Source of the DNA: Octopus bimaculoides
Lineage: Eukaryota
DNA length: 64,000 nt
Direction of reading: 5' to 3'
Assembly: GCF_001194135.2 (NCBI RefSeq)
Contig: NC_068992.1
Coordinates: forward strand, 66,323,655 to 66,387,654
Of the stretch, positions 35,460 through 50,199 are shown piece by piece (position 1 is the stretch's first letter; each line of letters starts with the position of its first letter). A model generated the notes under the pieces. That model saw only the letters and a program-made list of their open reading frames with translations. It made no database searches and was not told where the DNA came from. Position numbers and translations under genes: made by a program.

Positions 35460-35650
35460 TACAGATCGAACAGAAAGGTCGATTGAACTTACAGTGTCGG
35501 CTGTGAAGGAGTAAATAAATATATAAAACATAATTAAAAGAGAAAATATAATTAAAAGAACACAAACAGGAAATATATATATATCATCTTTAAGAAGATA
35601 TTCTCGTCGGTCAGATATTTAAACCGAATACAAACAAAATACAGGTAAGT
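35460..35650 (+). promoter_or_regulatory. Candidate non-coding first exon with perfect donor CAG|GTAAGT
   Basis: Donor at 35644/35645 inside a CpG-retaining, repeat-poor stretch. No matching coding exon recognised downstream in the window; start coordinate is a guess. Confidence 0.3.
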
Positions 35651-38600
35651 GAAACCTAGCTAAACTAACGTCTAGCTTATTTCTCATGTAGTTTGCTGTA
35701 TTATTTATTAATCTAGAAATATTCGTTTCTTATTTAAACCATTTCACTTCAGTTACGTCGTTTAATGTCTTTTAAGGAAGCCGTGACCATCATGTAATAT
35801 TATTTCTCTCTTTTCTTAATAACTCTTCAGCTTTGTGTCTGTTTATATCGAATTCATTGTTGATGTTTATGGTTGATTGTGCATGTATATATATATATAT
35901 ATATATATATAAGAGAAACAAAACATTTTTTTTTTACTGCTGTTCCGAGTTCAAATCTCGCTTAGGTCTGTTGTGTTTCCTCCAAGATTAATAATTTAGA
36001 TATCAGTGCTGTATTGTAGTCAATTTCACTGTGTCTATGCCCTACCACCACCACCTCTGTCACAAAGTTTCGCCTTATGGCTTTATTCCTTAAAATTCAT
36101 TATAAATTGTTGCTGTTGGTTTTATAATGGCGGGAGTCCTGATACGGGGATGGAGTTTTGGCGGAACGAATTTAGGGGACCGATTTCGATTCCCACATGG
36201 AACCATTTTATTTCCGTTTGCGCTACTGAAGCGTTTGGATAAGTCGCGGGCATTCCAACATTCTTACTTTTTAAAAAGAAAATCGTTCGAGCGTCAAGAG
36301 TTCAAATCCTGCCGAGGTCAACTTTGTCTTTCATCCTTCCTGGGATCGATAAAATAATATACTAGTTAAGTTCTGGGAGTAGATTTAATCAAGTAATTTC
36401 CTTGTGCATATTTGAGAAACAATTGTTATCAATTTATCACAGCCTCTTTTAAAGACAATCTCCATAGAAACTTTCAAACTACCCTTGTTGCCGGCTCAGT
36501 TTCAATTTCCGTTTTTTCTTTCGCTCCTAAAACCTTTCAGAAAACCATAATCGTTATAACTACTTCATTTTCTTCCTCAACCCCCTCTCAAAGTGTGCTA
36601 CTACTTAATGTAAACAAAAGAAATGTAAATAGAGTCAGTTGTTTAATATAGACAGACAGACAAGTTGTAGGTAGGGTTGTCTCGGTTGCTAATTGTCAGA
36701 ATATAATAGTTCGGTCTCGCCATATGTTGCGGTCTTTTATTAAATTTTATTTCTTTCTTTCACTGCCGACCACCCGAATGAAAGCTGTTGCCATAGACAG
36801 ACTTGCATACGAAGTATTTTTATTGAAGAGAAATAAAATGAGGTTGTGTTGCAAGTTAAATGCTTTTCTCCCGTGTATTAGTAAGGTCAAGAGGAGCGAA
36901 GTAGTTACAAGCGAGGACCGAAACCGGCATGTTGACTCACCAGCTTCTTGTGGACATGTGTCTTCACACAAACGCACATGACCTGGCTTTAAAATGTCAT
37001 GATTCATTGAAAGTAACCCCATTCCCTCCTTTTTTTTCTTCTTCTTCTTCTATTAACCAACATTATGGTGACACAGTCAACCCATGTTTATTGCCATCGC
37101 TGCTCAGTGTCTATTTTCCAATGTTTCTTAAACTATGGCTTTATATCAGCTTATCCCTGTGAACCTTGAAACAATAATAGTATTTCTTCTGCCAATTTTG
37201 CTGTATTCATTCAGACTCGCCGTCACATCTGTTTCGGGTTTCTCAATGATGGCCTTTCTGTTGCTCACTTTCTTTTCTCTCTTTTTGCCTCGGGTTTGTC
37301 TTTTCCTGTTATCTGTTATTGGAAAGCATTCCACTTATTATAGTTCATATGTCTTGAAAGTACAGTTTGGTGTGATTTTATCCAGATTATGAACATCTTC
37401 TGAGGGAAAATATTACAGAGGAAATCTTTATACTAACATCCGAATCTCATACGTAATGGGTTAAAAAACTGTATCCAGGATAAAAACTAACCGGGGAATC
37501 TTATTTGATTGAACATTTTCAATTCACCATATCATTACATCAATCTAATCTGGTTGTGTTGTATTTTATTTAGTTTTGGAGGCAGTCTTTATAATTCTAT
37601 ACCATTTTTCGGAAGTCAGTAAACAGGTTCCTCAGTGAAATAAGCATCAGTCACTTTTGGCGGTCTAATCACTTTGGTAGAAAGATCTTAACCCAAACTA
37701 AGTGATCAGTACCGTCTTAAGGTATGGGTGGGTACACGGGGCATTTTCCTGGCGACCAACGGGTTTAGGGGCTCCCAGGGTTAATGTATATGTGCTGTGA
37801 TTTACTATAAACCCGAATCCACTGCTTTACTTGAGGTTCTATAACGCTGTTGAGAGGAAGTCCCTGTCTACAATGTCTTTTCCATGGTGCACAAATAAAA
37901 AAAAATTACTTTTGGAGATTGACCCACGTTCTGAGAGAGAATTTTAAACTGAATCAATGAAGTTCACAGACATTGAATAAATGCTGTCAGCAGAGATAAA
38001 TTCTAATGTCTGTAGGCAGACCTCTAAATTCCTTGATTCCAGGTTTTGACAGTTTGTTTCAGTAACACACAATTCTAATGCAGTGAGCTACTCAATTGGC
38101 TCAAATTATTTAGGTGTACTCTAACACGTGTATATATATATATATATATATATACAAATACATACAACTATGTACCCCTGTACCCCTAAATAATTATCTG
38201 TACACACGCACAAAATCCCAAACACGTTTATAAAGACGAGCACTATGTAACAGTCACAACCATGCAGTAATTTGTGTGTGTACATACATTGAAATCAATA
38301 TATGAAGACAGGCGTAAACAAATCAATATATATATACGCACAAATGTAAATTTGCTTGTACAAGCGTGTAGTTTCAAAACCATCCAAGCTTGTATTTAAG
38401 TAGTAACATGACACCTACATGACACTAGAGCTTATGGAAACATTGGAATGTACCTGGAATATTTCTCTTGATGATTGAAAGCATTCACAGGTGGTTGTGG
38501 GGGGGGGGGTCGTCATACTGTTAATATAAAATATTGAAGAAACCTGGGTGGTTAAACTGTAGAAATTGATTAATTTTGTTTTTGACTTAAAAAAATGTTT

Positions 38601-39668
38601 TAATCATACATTCGCTCACTTAGAGCCAAATTGGTTCAAAGCTGGAATTCCTTACTGAAAGACAGGTTTGTGAATAATAAATAATAAAGGTTTACTAGAG
38701 TCTTCAGAATAAATTAAGTTTCCAAATGAAAGAACAACTGCTTTTAGGTATTGTCTTGCGAAAATAGCATAATTGTTGGATTTTTTGGAAACTGGGGTCG
38801 GTTCTTCTCTGGCCGAGTTAGGGATTCTTTAATTTTTTAATTGGTTCTGCTTCACTGAGGTCATCCAGGAAAAAGTATGGCTATCAAAATCTCCTCCTCT
38901 TCCTCATAATTTTCAGTTATCGTGTCCGTCTGTACGTCACATTATTCTGGTCGTTGTGATGAGACACACAAATGCCGTAGAGTAAGAAGGTCTTGGTGAA
39001 CCTAAGAGGGAGCCTAGACGGGGTTGCGCAACCACCTAGAAATAACAATCAGATCTTTAGCAAATCATTCTCTACCCGCATTAAAAAGGGTACGTTGGAT
39101 AATGTAGTCTCAAATATGTTATCTGGAGAGAAAAAAAAAGGGGTGGGAGTCACTAGTAGAATATTTTAAATCAGGTCTGCTTGATCGGAGATGATGTGTC
39201 ATTTCACACTTGACTTTGATAGATTTATTATTAATCACATCATCAAAGTCAATAAAACGAATTAATCACTCATAGACTTGAAGTTTGAATGTTCATATAT
39301 AAGTGTGTTGGTGAAATATAAAAAATACGGTTTGCTACTTCAATAAATACTATTTTTTATCTCAATTAAACCTAGCCGGAGTTGACCATATTTTATCAGT
39401 CCAGAAGTTAATAAAATGGTCAGTAATGAACGTCAAAACAGTAATAATAATGATAATAAAATAATCATTGTTTTAACTATTTTGGAAAATAAACAAAAGC
39501 CATCGTCTTTAAAAAGAGTGTGGCCGTGTTGAGTTCAAATTCCACCGAGGTCGACTTTGCCTTTCATCCTTTCGGGGTCGATAATAATAAATACCAGTCA
39601 AATACTGAGGTCAATGTAATCAGCTAAACTCTTCTCCATAAATATCAGGGCATTTGTCTGTTTTAGAA

Positions 39669-39705
<37 letters not shown>

Positions 39706-40599
39706 GTTTGTTTGTTTGAAATCGTGGCTTTAACTGTTGATATGTTCAAAATATTTCTTTAGTTGATATTTACCTTATTTATCTTGGTGCATTTAATTCA
39801 AACCCTGTTTGTTGTTATAGGGAAATAACATGGTCTTTCATGGGGTTTTGATAACATAAATACCAGTAATATATTACAAGAATCGCTTAACTTTCAGAGG
39901 GCTCCTGAAAAATAAAGAGCTACGGGCTCTGTCTCTTCCCTCCTATTTCATTTCAATAATTTTAATGAAACAGAAATCGGTTGTAACTATTTAATTCCGT
40001 TAACGTTTTTGGTTATATTGAAAAAAAAAAAAATAAAACAAAATAAAACTAGAGTGGTGATTTCATGTGTCTTAGTTAATCCCCTAAAACTATGAAGCCC
40101 TGTGCCCCTCCAAGAATCAATAATGGTTTGTTGTTATTATTCTTTGCTGTGTGTCCTTTTGGTCAGGCAGGACTGCAACACCACCACCACCACCACCACC
40201 GAACCTACATTATTATTTCAGTAGCAACTGTAGTAGTTACTCCTTCACATTTAGTCGGTCCGGCTCGTTTAACTGGCATCACTTCAACTCGCAGAAAACT
40301 GGACTCGTTTTTAGAAAATACCAAATAGTGAAAAGACAGGAATATCCATCTTACTAACCGTCAATTCGAAACCAAACACAACGCTACAATATATTTTCCT
40401 AGTATCATCATTTTCATTTTCAAAACAAATCGTGCAACAAGAAGTCGTCTGATGTGGGTATCGATTCCTCTCATTTCTCTCAGATTTTTCCTTTCTAATT
40501 TTTCTTTTTCCTTATCGCGATATTATTGTTGATGTTCCATAACCTTGACTACATAAACAAAAACACAATTCTTTGATATATATTCTTGCATTTCCATGA

Positions 40600-40870
40600 A
40601 TATCTGTAGGGAGAATAATGAGGAATGTATGCGAAGGGATTCTTGTTATTTTTCATTATTTTTAAGGTTCTGTTTGGCATAACTATCAGCTCTTCTATTA
40701 CTCTGCCTGACATTCCTTTCCTCTGTTGCCACCAAATTATCGATCTTCCAGTTATGGAGAAACTGAAAGCATTCCCCCACTTGTTTCACAATTTCTTTGA
40801 CAGGAACCTTCTCCCCCACTTTTTCTGTTATTATCCTCGCCAACAAATATTTCCATTTTCAACATATGTC
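40600..40870 (-). mobile_element. Possible old LINE ORF2 remnant (L1/Tx1-like)
   Basis: Lys/Glu-rich minus-strand reading (ARIITEKVGEKVPVKEIVKQVGECFQFLHNWK...) with LINE-like composition; no diagnostic motif. Confidence 0.25.
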
Positions 40871-41539
40871 TATATTTAATCTTTCACAATAAAATATTTA
40901 CTTTGCTCAGTTCTCTTTTATTATAAAACAGATTTATTTAAACCTTAATTTTCCTCAACAGATTTTGCTGTATTATTTTTTTTTATTATCTTCCATACAA
41001 ATATACTTTTCCATATTTCATTTCAAATCACAAGGCCTTTCTTTCGGAAAATTCTTGTTGTATAAACAAAACATCATGAAAATCTTTATAGATCCTAACT
41101 ACATTTTAAATTCAATTTCGAAATCATATATGAATTGAAGTACATGTTTCTCTCTCCTCTTTTATTGCTGGTTCTGTTGCGTTGTTAGGAGTAGAAATGG
41201 CGTTAGAATTTTACAGTAGCTGAACTCTTTAAAGAGATTTCTTGTAATAAAGATAAGGACTATAGTTTATATCCCTAGCTAGCAGTTTTACTTTAACAAA
41301 AGAATGTTTGTCAAAGTTTTCTTCTTCTTAAAATACGTTTGACATTTACGTGGCAAGAGTTCAAGCTTTGAACCATGTTATTAGAATGTGAAGGGGACAG
41401 GAGGGTGTTTATCAGTCAACTACTATAGTAAACATGGTGATGTTGTGATGTTCATTAATGCCACCTTTATGTATGATTCAGGATTTCCACACCACACATT
41501 CTTTTTTCTATTCTTCCTAAAGTGCGCGCGCGCCCATGT

Positions 41540-41546
41540 ATGCACG

Positions 41547-41581
<35 letters not shown>

Positions 41582-42030
41582 TTATATGTATATATATGTT
41601 GTGTATAATATCTGTTTGTGTGCGTGTAAATGTGTGTAGATATGTTGTGTATAGATGTATATATGTGTGTGTGTGTACGTTGTGTATATTTGTGTATGTG
41701 TATATATATTTGTGTATGTATGTGTATATTTGTACGTGTGCATGTATGTGTATATTTGTGTGCGTGTGTATGTATGTATATATTTGTGTGCGTGTGTATG
41801 TATGTATATATTTGTGTGCGTGTGTATGTGTATATTTGTATACGTGTGTATGTATGTGTATATTTGTGTGCATATGTATGTGTATATATGTGCGTGTATG
41901 TGTTTATATGTGCGTGTGTGTGCATATATGTGCGTGTATGCTTGTGTATACATCTATGTACGTGTGTGTGTGTGTGTGGATACATGTATGTATACATACA
42001 TTTGTATGTATGTATGTATGAACACACAGA
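41540..42030. repeat. Complex (CA)/(TG)/(TA) microsatellite with ~20-24-bp higher-order units
   Basis: Recurrent gtatgtatatatttgtgtgcgtgt-type units; source of the overlapping C/V/Y/H/T ORFs. Confidence 0.9.
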
Positions 42031-42884
42031 TGTATGCATGTATTGTAGATTGTGAATTAGCAGAATTGTTAGAGCGTTAGATTGTGAATCTCTTGCAGGA
42101 ATTTTTTTGGCTTCTTGCATTCTGAGTTCAGATCCACGTAGGATTATGAGGTCTCTTTAGTTGTGTCTCACTAAGCTCTATTCACCTTCCCTAGTGTTAG
42201 TTCCACAAGAAAAAGCACCCAATACACACTGTAAAGTGGTTGACATTAGAAATGGCATCCGGAAAATGTCACATATGAACACTTAATGTTTAGGAGCTCT
42301 GTTTTCCAGTGGGAGGTAACTTTGCATTATGACAACCCTCCTAACCCATGCCAGTATGGAAAACAGTTGTAAAGATGATAATGATGATATATATATGATA
42401 TATGAGCATTGGGCCTCATGGAAGCAAAGTGGCTGAGTTCCTTTCGAGGGTTGGACCTTACAGAGGCAAAGTGGCTGAGTACCTTTCGAGGGTTGGGCTT
42501 CACGGAGGCAATGACCGAGACCTTTTGGTATCATGTCGTGCTTGAGAAGAAGATCCATCAAGCTGAGCAAAATGACAGTCATGGCAGATAACGGTGTCAT
42601 GCAAATTGGTGCCTGTGCCAGTGGCACGCAAATTGGTGCCTGTGCCAGTGGCACGTAAACGTACCCCGGTGTCAAGCAAATGTCACCCATTACACTCTCA
42701 GAGTGGTTGGTGTTAGGAAGGGCATCCAGCTATAGAAAACCATGCCAAATCAGACAGGGGTCTGGTGTAGCCTTCCAGTGTGCCAGCCCAGTCAAACTGT
42801 CCAATCCATACCAGCATGGACAATGGACGTTGAATGATGACGATGATCATCATCACCATCAACGAACTTCTACCTCTGTTGGCA

Positions 42885-43300
42885 ACCAAATGTCTCTCTC
42901 TCCGAATGAAAGGAAGATTGTATGATGCATGTATATGAACAGTGGTGCTATGTAGTCGTGAGATGTGGGCTCTGAATGCAGAAGACATGCGAAGGTGAGA
43001 GAGGAATGAAGCTAGTATGCTCTACTGGATGTGCAATGTCAGTGTACATGTGCAACAGAGTGCTAGTGTATTGAAGTTGTGCACAAAAGGAATTAGATGC
43101 AACATGCAAGAGAGAAGACTGCTGGTGTGGTCATGTGATGCATATGAATGTAGACAGTTGCGTCGTGCAAGAGGGAGACCCAGGAAGACATGGGATGAAG
43201 TATATTGAAGGCTGATCTCAAAACAGTGACCCTTAGGACTGAGATATCTGCTGCCTTTCTGTACTCAAGAAGATCCGTCTATCACAGCAGAATTGATGCT
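42885..43300 (+). mobile_element. Degenerate RTE 3' fragment
   Basis: Homologous to 63800-64000 (KGRLYDAC...RNEASMLRWMCNV) and continues to RGRPRKTWDEV. Confidence 0.75.
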
Positions 43301-43917
43301 GGTGCAGGTGTCACACAAGAAGCACTGGTGCAGGGGCTATGTTAAAAGCACTCATGCTGGTGCCACTTAAAAAGCACCCATTATACTCTGTGGAGTGGTT
43401 GGCAGCCATAAAGACCATGCCAGAACAGATAATGAAGCCTGGTGCAGGCCCCCAGAACTTACCAGCTCCAGACAAACCATCCAAACCATGCCAGGATGGA
43501 AAACGGACGTTAAATGACGATGATGATATATATATATTCCCTGTGGGCAGACCCCCTCTCATAGCTCTCTCTCACCTTCCTTTCCTTCCTGGTCCCATAG
43601 AGGTAGCCAGGTTTCTCCTCAGTAGTAAGAGGGCTACCTCTGTCCCTCTATCATACTCTAATCTCTCGATTCCACTCCCTCCCTCAGCTGAGAAGTCCTT
43701 GTCTTGTGAGCTCATGGGTGCTGGTGCCACATAAAAAGCACCCAGTACACTCTGTAAAGTGGTTGGTGTTAGGAAGGGCATCAGGCCATAGAAAAAACTG
43801 ACTATTGGAGCCTAGTGCAGCTCTCAGGCTTGCCAACTTCTATCAAACTGTCCAACCCATGCCAGCATGGAGGACAAACATTAAATGATGATATATAATG
43901 TATATATGTATGTGTGT

Positions 43918-43986
<69 letters not shown>

Positions 43987-46720
43987 GTTTCAATACACAC
44001 ACACACACACACGTATATACATACACCATACCTGTGCACATTTATACATTTGCATACAAGAAATTGGCTGTGTGGTTGAGTAGTTCACTTTCCACCCATA
44101 TGGTTTTGGGTTGAGTTTCACTGTGATACCTTGGGCAAGTAACTTCTACTATAGCCCCAGGCCAAGCAAACCCTTGTGAGTGGATTTGGTAGCTGGAAAC
44201 TGAAAGGAACCCTTTCTGCATTTCTTTGTGTGTGTGTGTGTTCCTGTCTCCTTGTCTTAACATCACGTGTCAGTTACGGATGAGCATCACCATTATACAG
44301 GTGGTGTCATAAGTTTCCAATTTTGCATGAAAATATGTCTGGTCATGGGGAAATATTACCTGGCTTGGAAACAGGTGAGGGTTGGTGACAGGAAAGGTCT
44401 CCAGCCGTTGAAAATCTGCCTCAATGAATTCCATTTGCCCTATGCTAGCATGCAGAAGTGGGTATTAAAACTACGATGATGATAATGATGATATACTTAT
44501 TTTTATCCATAGTTAAATATTTCTGTACATTCCAACGTATGTGGCAAGTGTGAACGTTGTTTTTGTTTTGTTTTGTTGCATATGATGCAATCTGCAGATT
44601 CACAGATTTTCTCAGATTTCATCTGTCTCATAAAGTACTGGAGTGTCACGTGTGTGTGTGTGTGTGTGTGTGTGCATGTATGATATAGTTATGTATATAC
44701 GTACAGTTTATGTGTATAAATACATTTAGAAAAAAATTGAGAGCTTGCCCAAAGAGGCTTTTAATAAGTCACATGATGCAGTTCTTGTGTTCGTTCTGTT
44801 TGTAGATGCAGATTTCTATCTGAAATTTTGTTTTGCATTCAAAGTGTTAGATATTAAAAATCAGCCATGAATTAATTATTGATTATGTATTTCCTATACT
44901 CAATATCTCGTAGATTCTCTCTTTGATTTATTTATCACCAGTCTGTGGAAACGGTGTCATGTTAGCCATCATCCCTGTTACTATTCCCTTCCATTGTCAG
45001 TCTCTGCTATTTGTCTTGCACTGAGATTGGTGGAGTAACGGCAGTAGTAACAGGGTTTGAAGGAAAATGCCAGCTCGCAAATAGTACTGCCCTTTATCAT
45101 TAAGGTATTGTGTGTGTATTTCTATGTATGTATATGCGCATGTATATGTGTATATATGTGTGTGTATGTTTGTATGTGTGTACAACTCTTTTTCCTTTTT
45201 TTTTTTTTCAAATTGCATATTGTATGTATTTATAATCACAAATGTCATTGTAAGTATATGTTGCTTTCACATACGCACACCTGTGCATGCGTGTGCACAC
45301 ACACACACACACACACACACTCTCATTGAATTAAATTTATATTGTATTTTGCATTTTCCACCTCAGATAACATCTTTTTCCAAATCAGGAAGCTTCTACC
45401 CAATCACTCAGCCTGCTAGAGACAACAGTCAAAGCTCCCTCAAATCACACACAGTTGTCTCATAAAAGAAAACACATTGAATAATGTAATCCTTTATTGT
45501 TCCTTGGCTGGTCATGGTTGGAACACCTTTGATCATAAGTTTACTTATTCAGAACCAGCCTAGGGTTAAACAACAGCTTGTGTAAATGTTAAAGAATGGT
45601 ACTTAAATAGTTATCGACTTGGTGGCTTCTGCTGGATTATCTTAATCTATAAATTGTGGGACCCCCATCTTGGTCATTATTCCAGTAAAGAGATGCTCTT
45701 TGATTAACAATTCACTGACAGAAATCAGATAGATTCTTGGAATTCTTTCTAAAGCTGTGTCTTTTGATACATTTTATTTCATAGCTATGAATTACCATAA
45801 TAGAATATTGTAATTTTAGCAGTCAGTGCCTTGTGCAGTCTCAGTTCCAACTGAGAGCCACATGTTGTCCCCTCCAATTAAGTGAATTTTAAATTGAGGT
45901 AACCAAAACGGTAAAAATAGATTTCATTGTTCTAGAAAGAACTTTTTTTTTTTTTTTAGAATATATTTTGTTTATTGGGGGAAAAAAGTTAAAATTTTCT
46001 TATAAATTTTTACTTTCTGGGCAGAGTTTGGTGGTGGATTGACATAATCTTTCTAGCATTGGGAATAGTGCCTTGGGTTATTTCTTTCAGCCTCTTACAT
46101 TTTGAGTTCAAATGTCACCAAGCTCAACTTCAATCCTTCTGGGGTCAACAGAATAAAGTATTAGTTTTGTACTGAGATCAATGTAGTTGACTTACTCGTC
46201 TTCTCAAAATTGTTGTAGTGGGACTGAAGTGGGACTGAACCCAGAACCATGTAGTAGGGAAGCAAGCTTCTTACCACATGTCTAAACTTGTGCCTGTATG
46301 TTTAGCTTTTGTGAGTAAAATGTTTGACTGAAACAGTTTTTGTGGTGGTTGGGGTGGGAGGAGAGCAATTGTCTTTCATAAAAAAACCAAACAGATTTTT
46401 GGTTTCTGCACCCATCCAAGTCAGTAACCTTTTACAGAGAAGGACATTTATAGACTGACTCCTTGTAAAATCCTCGTATCACAACTGTTTATAAATGTAT
46501 TAACTATACAAGCAACTTCTTATCATTTAATTCCATCATAAATAGAGAATCACTGTTAATTGATTGGATCAAGTAAGATTAAAGTTTTATATATATTCTT
46601 TATTTCTCTTCGTTATATTATGTTTAGAAACAGAGGCCAAACTGATAATTGATTGTATATATTAGACCATTCTGATAACTGTTTGGGTACCAGAAATGTA
46701 AATAATAAGGATTCTTATAC

Positions 46721-46809
<89 letters not shown>

Positions 46810-46931
46810 ATACTTATATACATACGTATGTACATAGCTACTTGGAGTGGGGAAGATGTAAAGCAATGGTTATTGCTAGTTATAAACTACACATCGTTGT
46901 TTTTTGAGGCAATATTATATATTGTTAGGGT

Positions 46932-47100
46932 GGCGAGCTGGCAGAAACGTTAGCACGCTGGGCAAAATGCTTAGCAGTATTTTGTCTGCCATTACGTTTT
47001 GAGTTCAAATTCTACCGAGGTCGACTTTGCCTTTCATCCTTTCGGGGTCGATTAAATAAGTACCAGTTATGCACGGGGGGTCAATGTAATCGACTTAATC
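46932..47100 (+). mobile_element. tRNA-headed SINE (family ...gagttcaaattc.ccgaggtcgactttgcctttcatcctttcggggtcg...)
   Basis: A-box-like ggcgagctggcagaaacg and B-box gagttcaaattc. Other copies at ~400-560(-), 27190-27350(-), 32050-32250(-), 36285-36400, 39525-39640, 46040-46200, 47690-47810(-). Confidence 0.8.
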
Positions 47101-48489
47101 TTTTTGTGTGTCCTTGTTTGTCCCCTCTATGCAATATAGAAATAAATATTATGTATTCTTTATAAACATTTGAGTTCTCTCCATAGAATGTGGAAATACT
47201 GCCTTTGCTAAAATCATTTAAATGGAATAACATCAGTCCTTCTGTGTTTGGTTTGCCCAATAACTAACACTTCTATTTAATCAGAATCTATGGGAAAATC
47301 TTTTTAGTTAATTTAATCTATTAGTTTAGTCTATTAGATTCAAGAGTTTTTAAAATCATTTTCAATTTGTTTACAGAAGTACATGGTGTAATGTACTCAA
47401 ATTATTTCAATAGTTTTAAACACCCAGTCTTTTAATAGAATTTAAAATTACATGAAAATTTATATTCAAGGTCTTTTCTGTTCTATAGTGTTTACTTTTG
47501 GAGACTTAGATATATTTTTGTTTTTTTAATTTATGAAACTAAAATGTCATACAAAAGTGTTATAAAAAAACAGTGACTCAATGTTTATATAAGAATAATA
47601 ATATGGTAACTGTGAAGTTGTAAAATGAGGAAATGTCAAACCTGAATGATCATGTCTGTTGTGATTTATGCTCAATGACAAAAGTTGTCAAAGTGGTTTC
47701 AAATTTTGACACAGGGCCAGCAATTTTGGGGGAGGGGTAAGTAGATTACATTGATTCCAGTGCTCAATTGGTACTTATCAACTCTGAAAGTATGAAAGGC
47801 AAATGCGACCTCGACTAATCTCATTTGAATGATACATTGTGCCTGATATATTTTACTTAATTCTTTTGAATGCATTCCTCTATGAGGAGCACAAAAGTTA
47901 TTTTAGTTCTTTACTTCTTAACCTCTTTACAATTAGCTGTGGTAATGATCTTGATAAGGTTTACTTGATTAGGGTCAGCCTAGCTCTAATCAGCATTGCT
48001 TTAATATTTTTGGTAAATCTTAAGAATTTTAGATTTTAGTAGGTTGAAGCATTGAATTAAGTAAATCATAACAACTCTTTTGTCAGGCACAGTGTATCTA
48101 GGACTACCTTATTCATTATGTCTTTTTTCTGAGACAATAGGATGTAATTTGGAGCAAGGTTTTGCTGGTGAAGAAAGCCCATAGAGGTATGGAGAGTGGA
48201 TGGTTAGTTTGTTTCAGAGATATAAACATGTTGTATGTTCAACATATGAGGAATTGATGAGTAACTGTGGAGGAGAGATTAGCTCTAAATGAAGAGAGAA
48301 AGTGTGGGTGTGGATGAAGGGGGGGGGGAGAGGTTGTGTTAATACTGTTAAAGTATTTTAGTCTGAATTAGGTGCATGTGTACTGGAGTACATTGTCCTC
48401 CCATGGAGTTTGCTTTGTTTCACAAGGATTGATTAATCAGAATATATGACTGAGAAATTTCACGTTTCCTGCAATTCTTCTCAAAAGAT

Positions 48490-48860
48490 TCCATGGAATC
48501 ATCCAGTGTCAGGAGGTTTTGACGTCAGGGTTTGTTTTGGTTCTTCAGATGTCAGCACCACCAATGAATGCATCCCAAGAGATTGAGCAGACAGTTCAAA
48601 AAACATGGGAGGTTGGTCAGATAAAGTAATAATGCCAGAAAGTTGTTCCAAGACCATGTGAATTTTAAAAAATAGGAAAAAAGAGATTTGACTTTTATTG
48701 CACAAGTGAACTAAAGAGTTAAAAGGAATTGTTGAAAAAAAACCAATTTTGAAAAACATGTTCAGTAGGAGTAGTTGCTCCAATATTAGCTATGCTGCTG
48801 CTTGTGTCAGATCTGTTTTTGTAGACTGAGAGAGGCATTCTGGTTGAGACTATACCATCC
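48490..48860 (+). mobile_element. Possible CR1/L2-type ORF1 remnant
   Basis: Interrupted reading ...KELKGIVEKKPILKNMFSRSSCSNISYAAACVRSV... with the SYAAA motif common in LINE ORF1; several stops. Confidence 0.25.
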
Positions 48861-50199
48861 TTTTTTCTGTCTTTAACCAAGAAACGTGGTTTCTAATACA
48901 GTTCCAAAACCTGAAATAGAAAGTCCAGAAAATTGTTTCTATGTGGCATGCAGCTGTTCTTGAGCAAATTTGTAACTAGTTCATAAAATAATTGAACATT
49001 GTGTGTGTATTTACATGATTGTGGTTAGAAGTTTGCTTTACAACTACATGGAACCTTGGGCAAGTGTCTTTTACTATAGCCTCAGACTGACCAAAGCCTT
49101 ACAAGTGGATTTGGTAGATAGAAACTGAAAGAAACCCATCGTGTGTGTGTGTGTGGGTCCCACTATCACTTGACAGCCTAGCAGTTTAGCATGGGAGACT
49201 GACAGAGTAAGTAATAGGCTTAAAAAAAAAAAAGTACTTGGGTTGATTTCTTTGACTAAAATTCTTCAACATGGTGTCCCAACATGGCTGCAGTCTAATG
49301 ACTGAAACAAGTAAAAAAAAATACATATGTATGCTTGCATGCATTGTCTGTGGGTTTGAGTATTAAAGAATTCCACAAATTTCTCTTTAATTAGTATATT
49401 AATGCAAGAGCCCATTCTTTTGTGAACACCTGACTCATTGATGTTCAAAATAACATTTTTCTCATTCAGTAATACACATTCCAAAATGTGGAGACTGTAT
49501 ATATGTAGGATTGTTTGTACTAGTTTTTGTTCTAAATGTAACAGTGTATATATTAGTATCAATAGTGAGGAGACCCTTGACTAATTTGGCATTATAATAT
49601 ACTGTCAAATGGTTACCTCACAGATGACTATGGTTGTATAGCTCAAAAATTCCAATGGCATTCTCTACACTCCTAGTTCAGGTCATGCTGATATCAACTT
49701 TGCCTTCCATCATTTATGGACACTGATAAATAACATACCAGACAAGGTCAGTGGATTAGTGGAGGTCTTAGAGTATCAGACGGAATGCCTTGTGGTTTTT
49801 GCCATGGCTGTTTGTGTCTTGAGTTTAAATTATCTACTGTATTGGAGTTTCATAAATAAGTGAGGTTGCTGTAAAGTCAGATATGAGAATGCCTCAAAAA
49901 CTCACTAACAAAATTAATGTGATCCTTTGTACCTGGAGGGTGCAGCAAGATTTTTCTAGGCATGGCTATTTCACTTCCCAACCACATGGTCTTCGGTTCA
50001 GTCCCACTACATAGCACCTTGTGCAAATGTCTTCTACTATATCTCTGGGGAGGTCAACCAAAGCTTTATGAATGCTTTTGGTAGAGATAAACTGATAGAA
50101 GTGTGTGCGTGCGCGCGCATGCATGCGTACGTGCGTGTGTGTGTGTGTGTGCATGCCAGCCTGGAAAACGGACGTTAAACGATGATATATATGTGTGTG

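Noticed and set aside
37146-37334. Lys/Arg-rich 62-aa ORF, and a possible zinc-knuckle-like CFK..H in another frame
   Set aside because: No complete CCHC pattern, stops in all frames, and no splice support.
41467-42120. Overlapping 118-217 aa ORFs rich in H/T/Y/I/C/V (also 25410-25810, 43802-44083, 46624-46953, 58744-59116)
   Set aside because: Translations of dinucleotide microsatellites.
42400-42660. ~44-bp and 27-bp internal tandem duplications (also 57400-57700, and a 14-bp x3 repeat at 28920-28962)
   Set aside because: Internal repeats of a SINE family or trivial slippage; nothing locus-specific.
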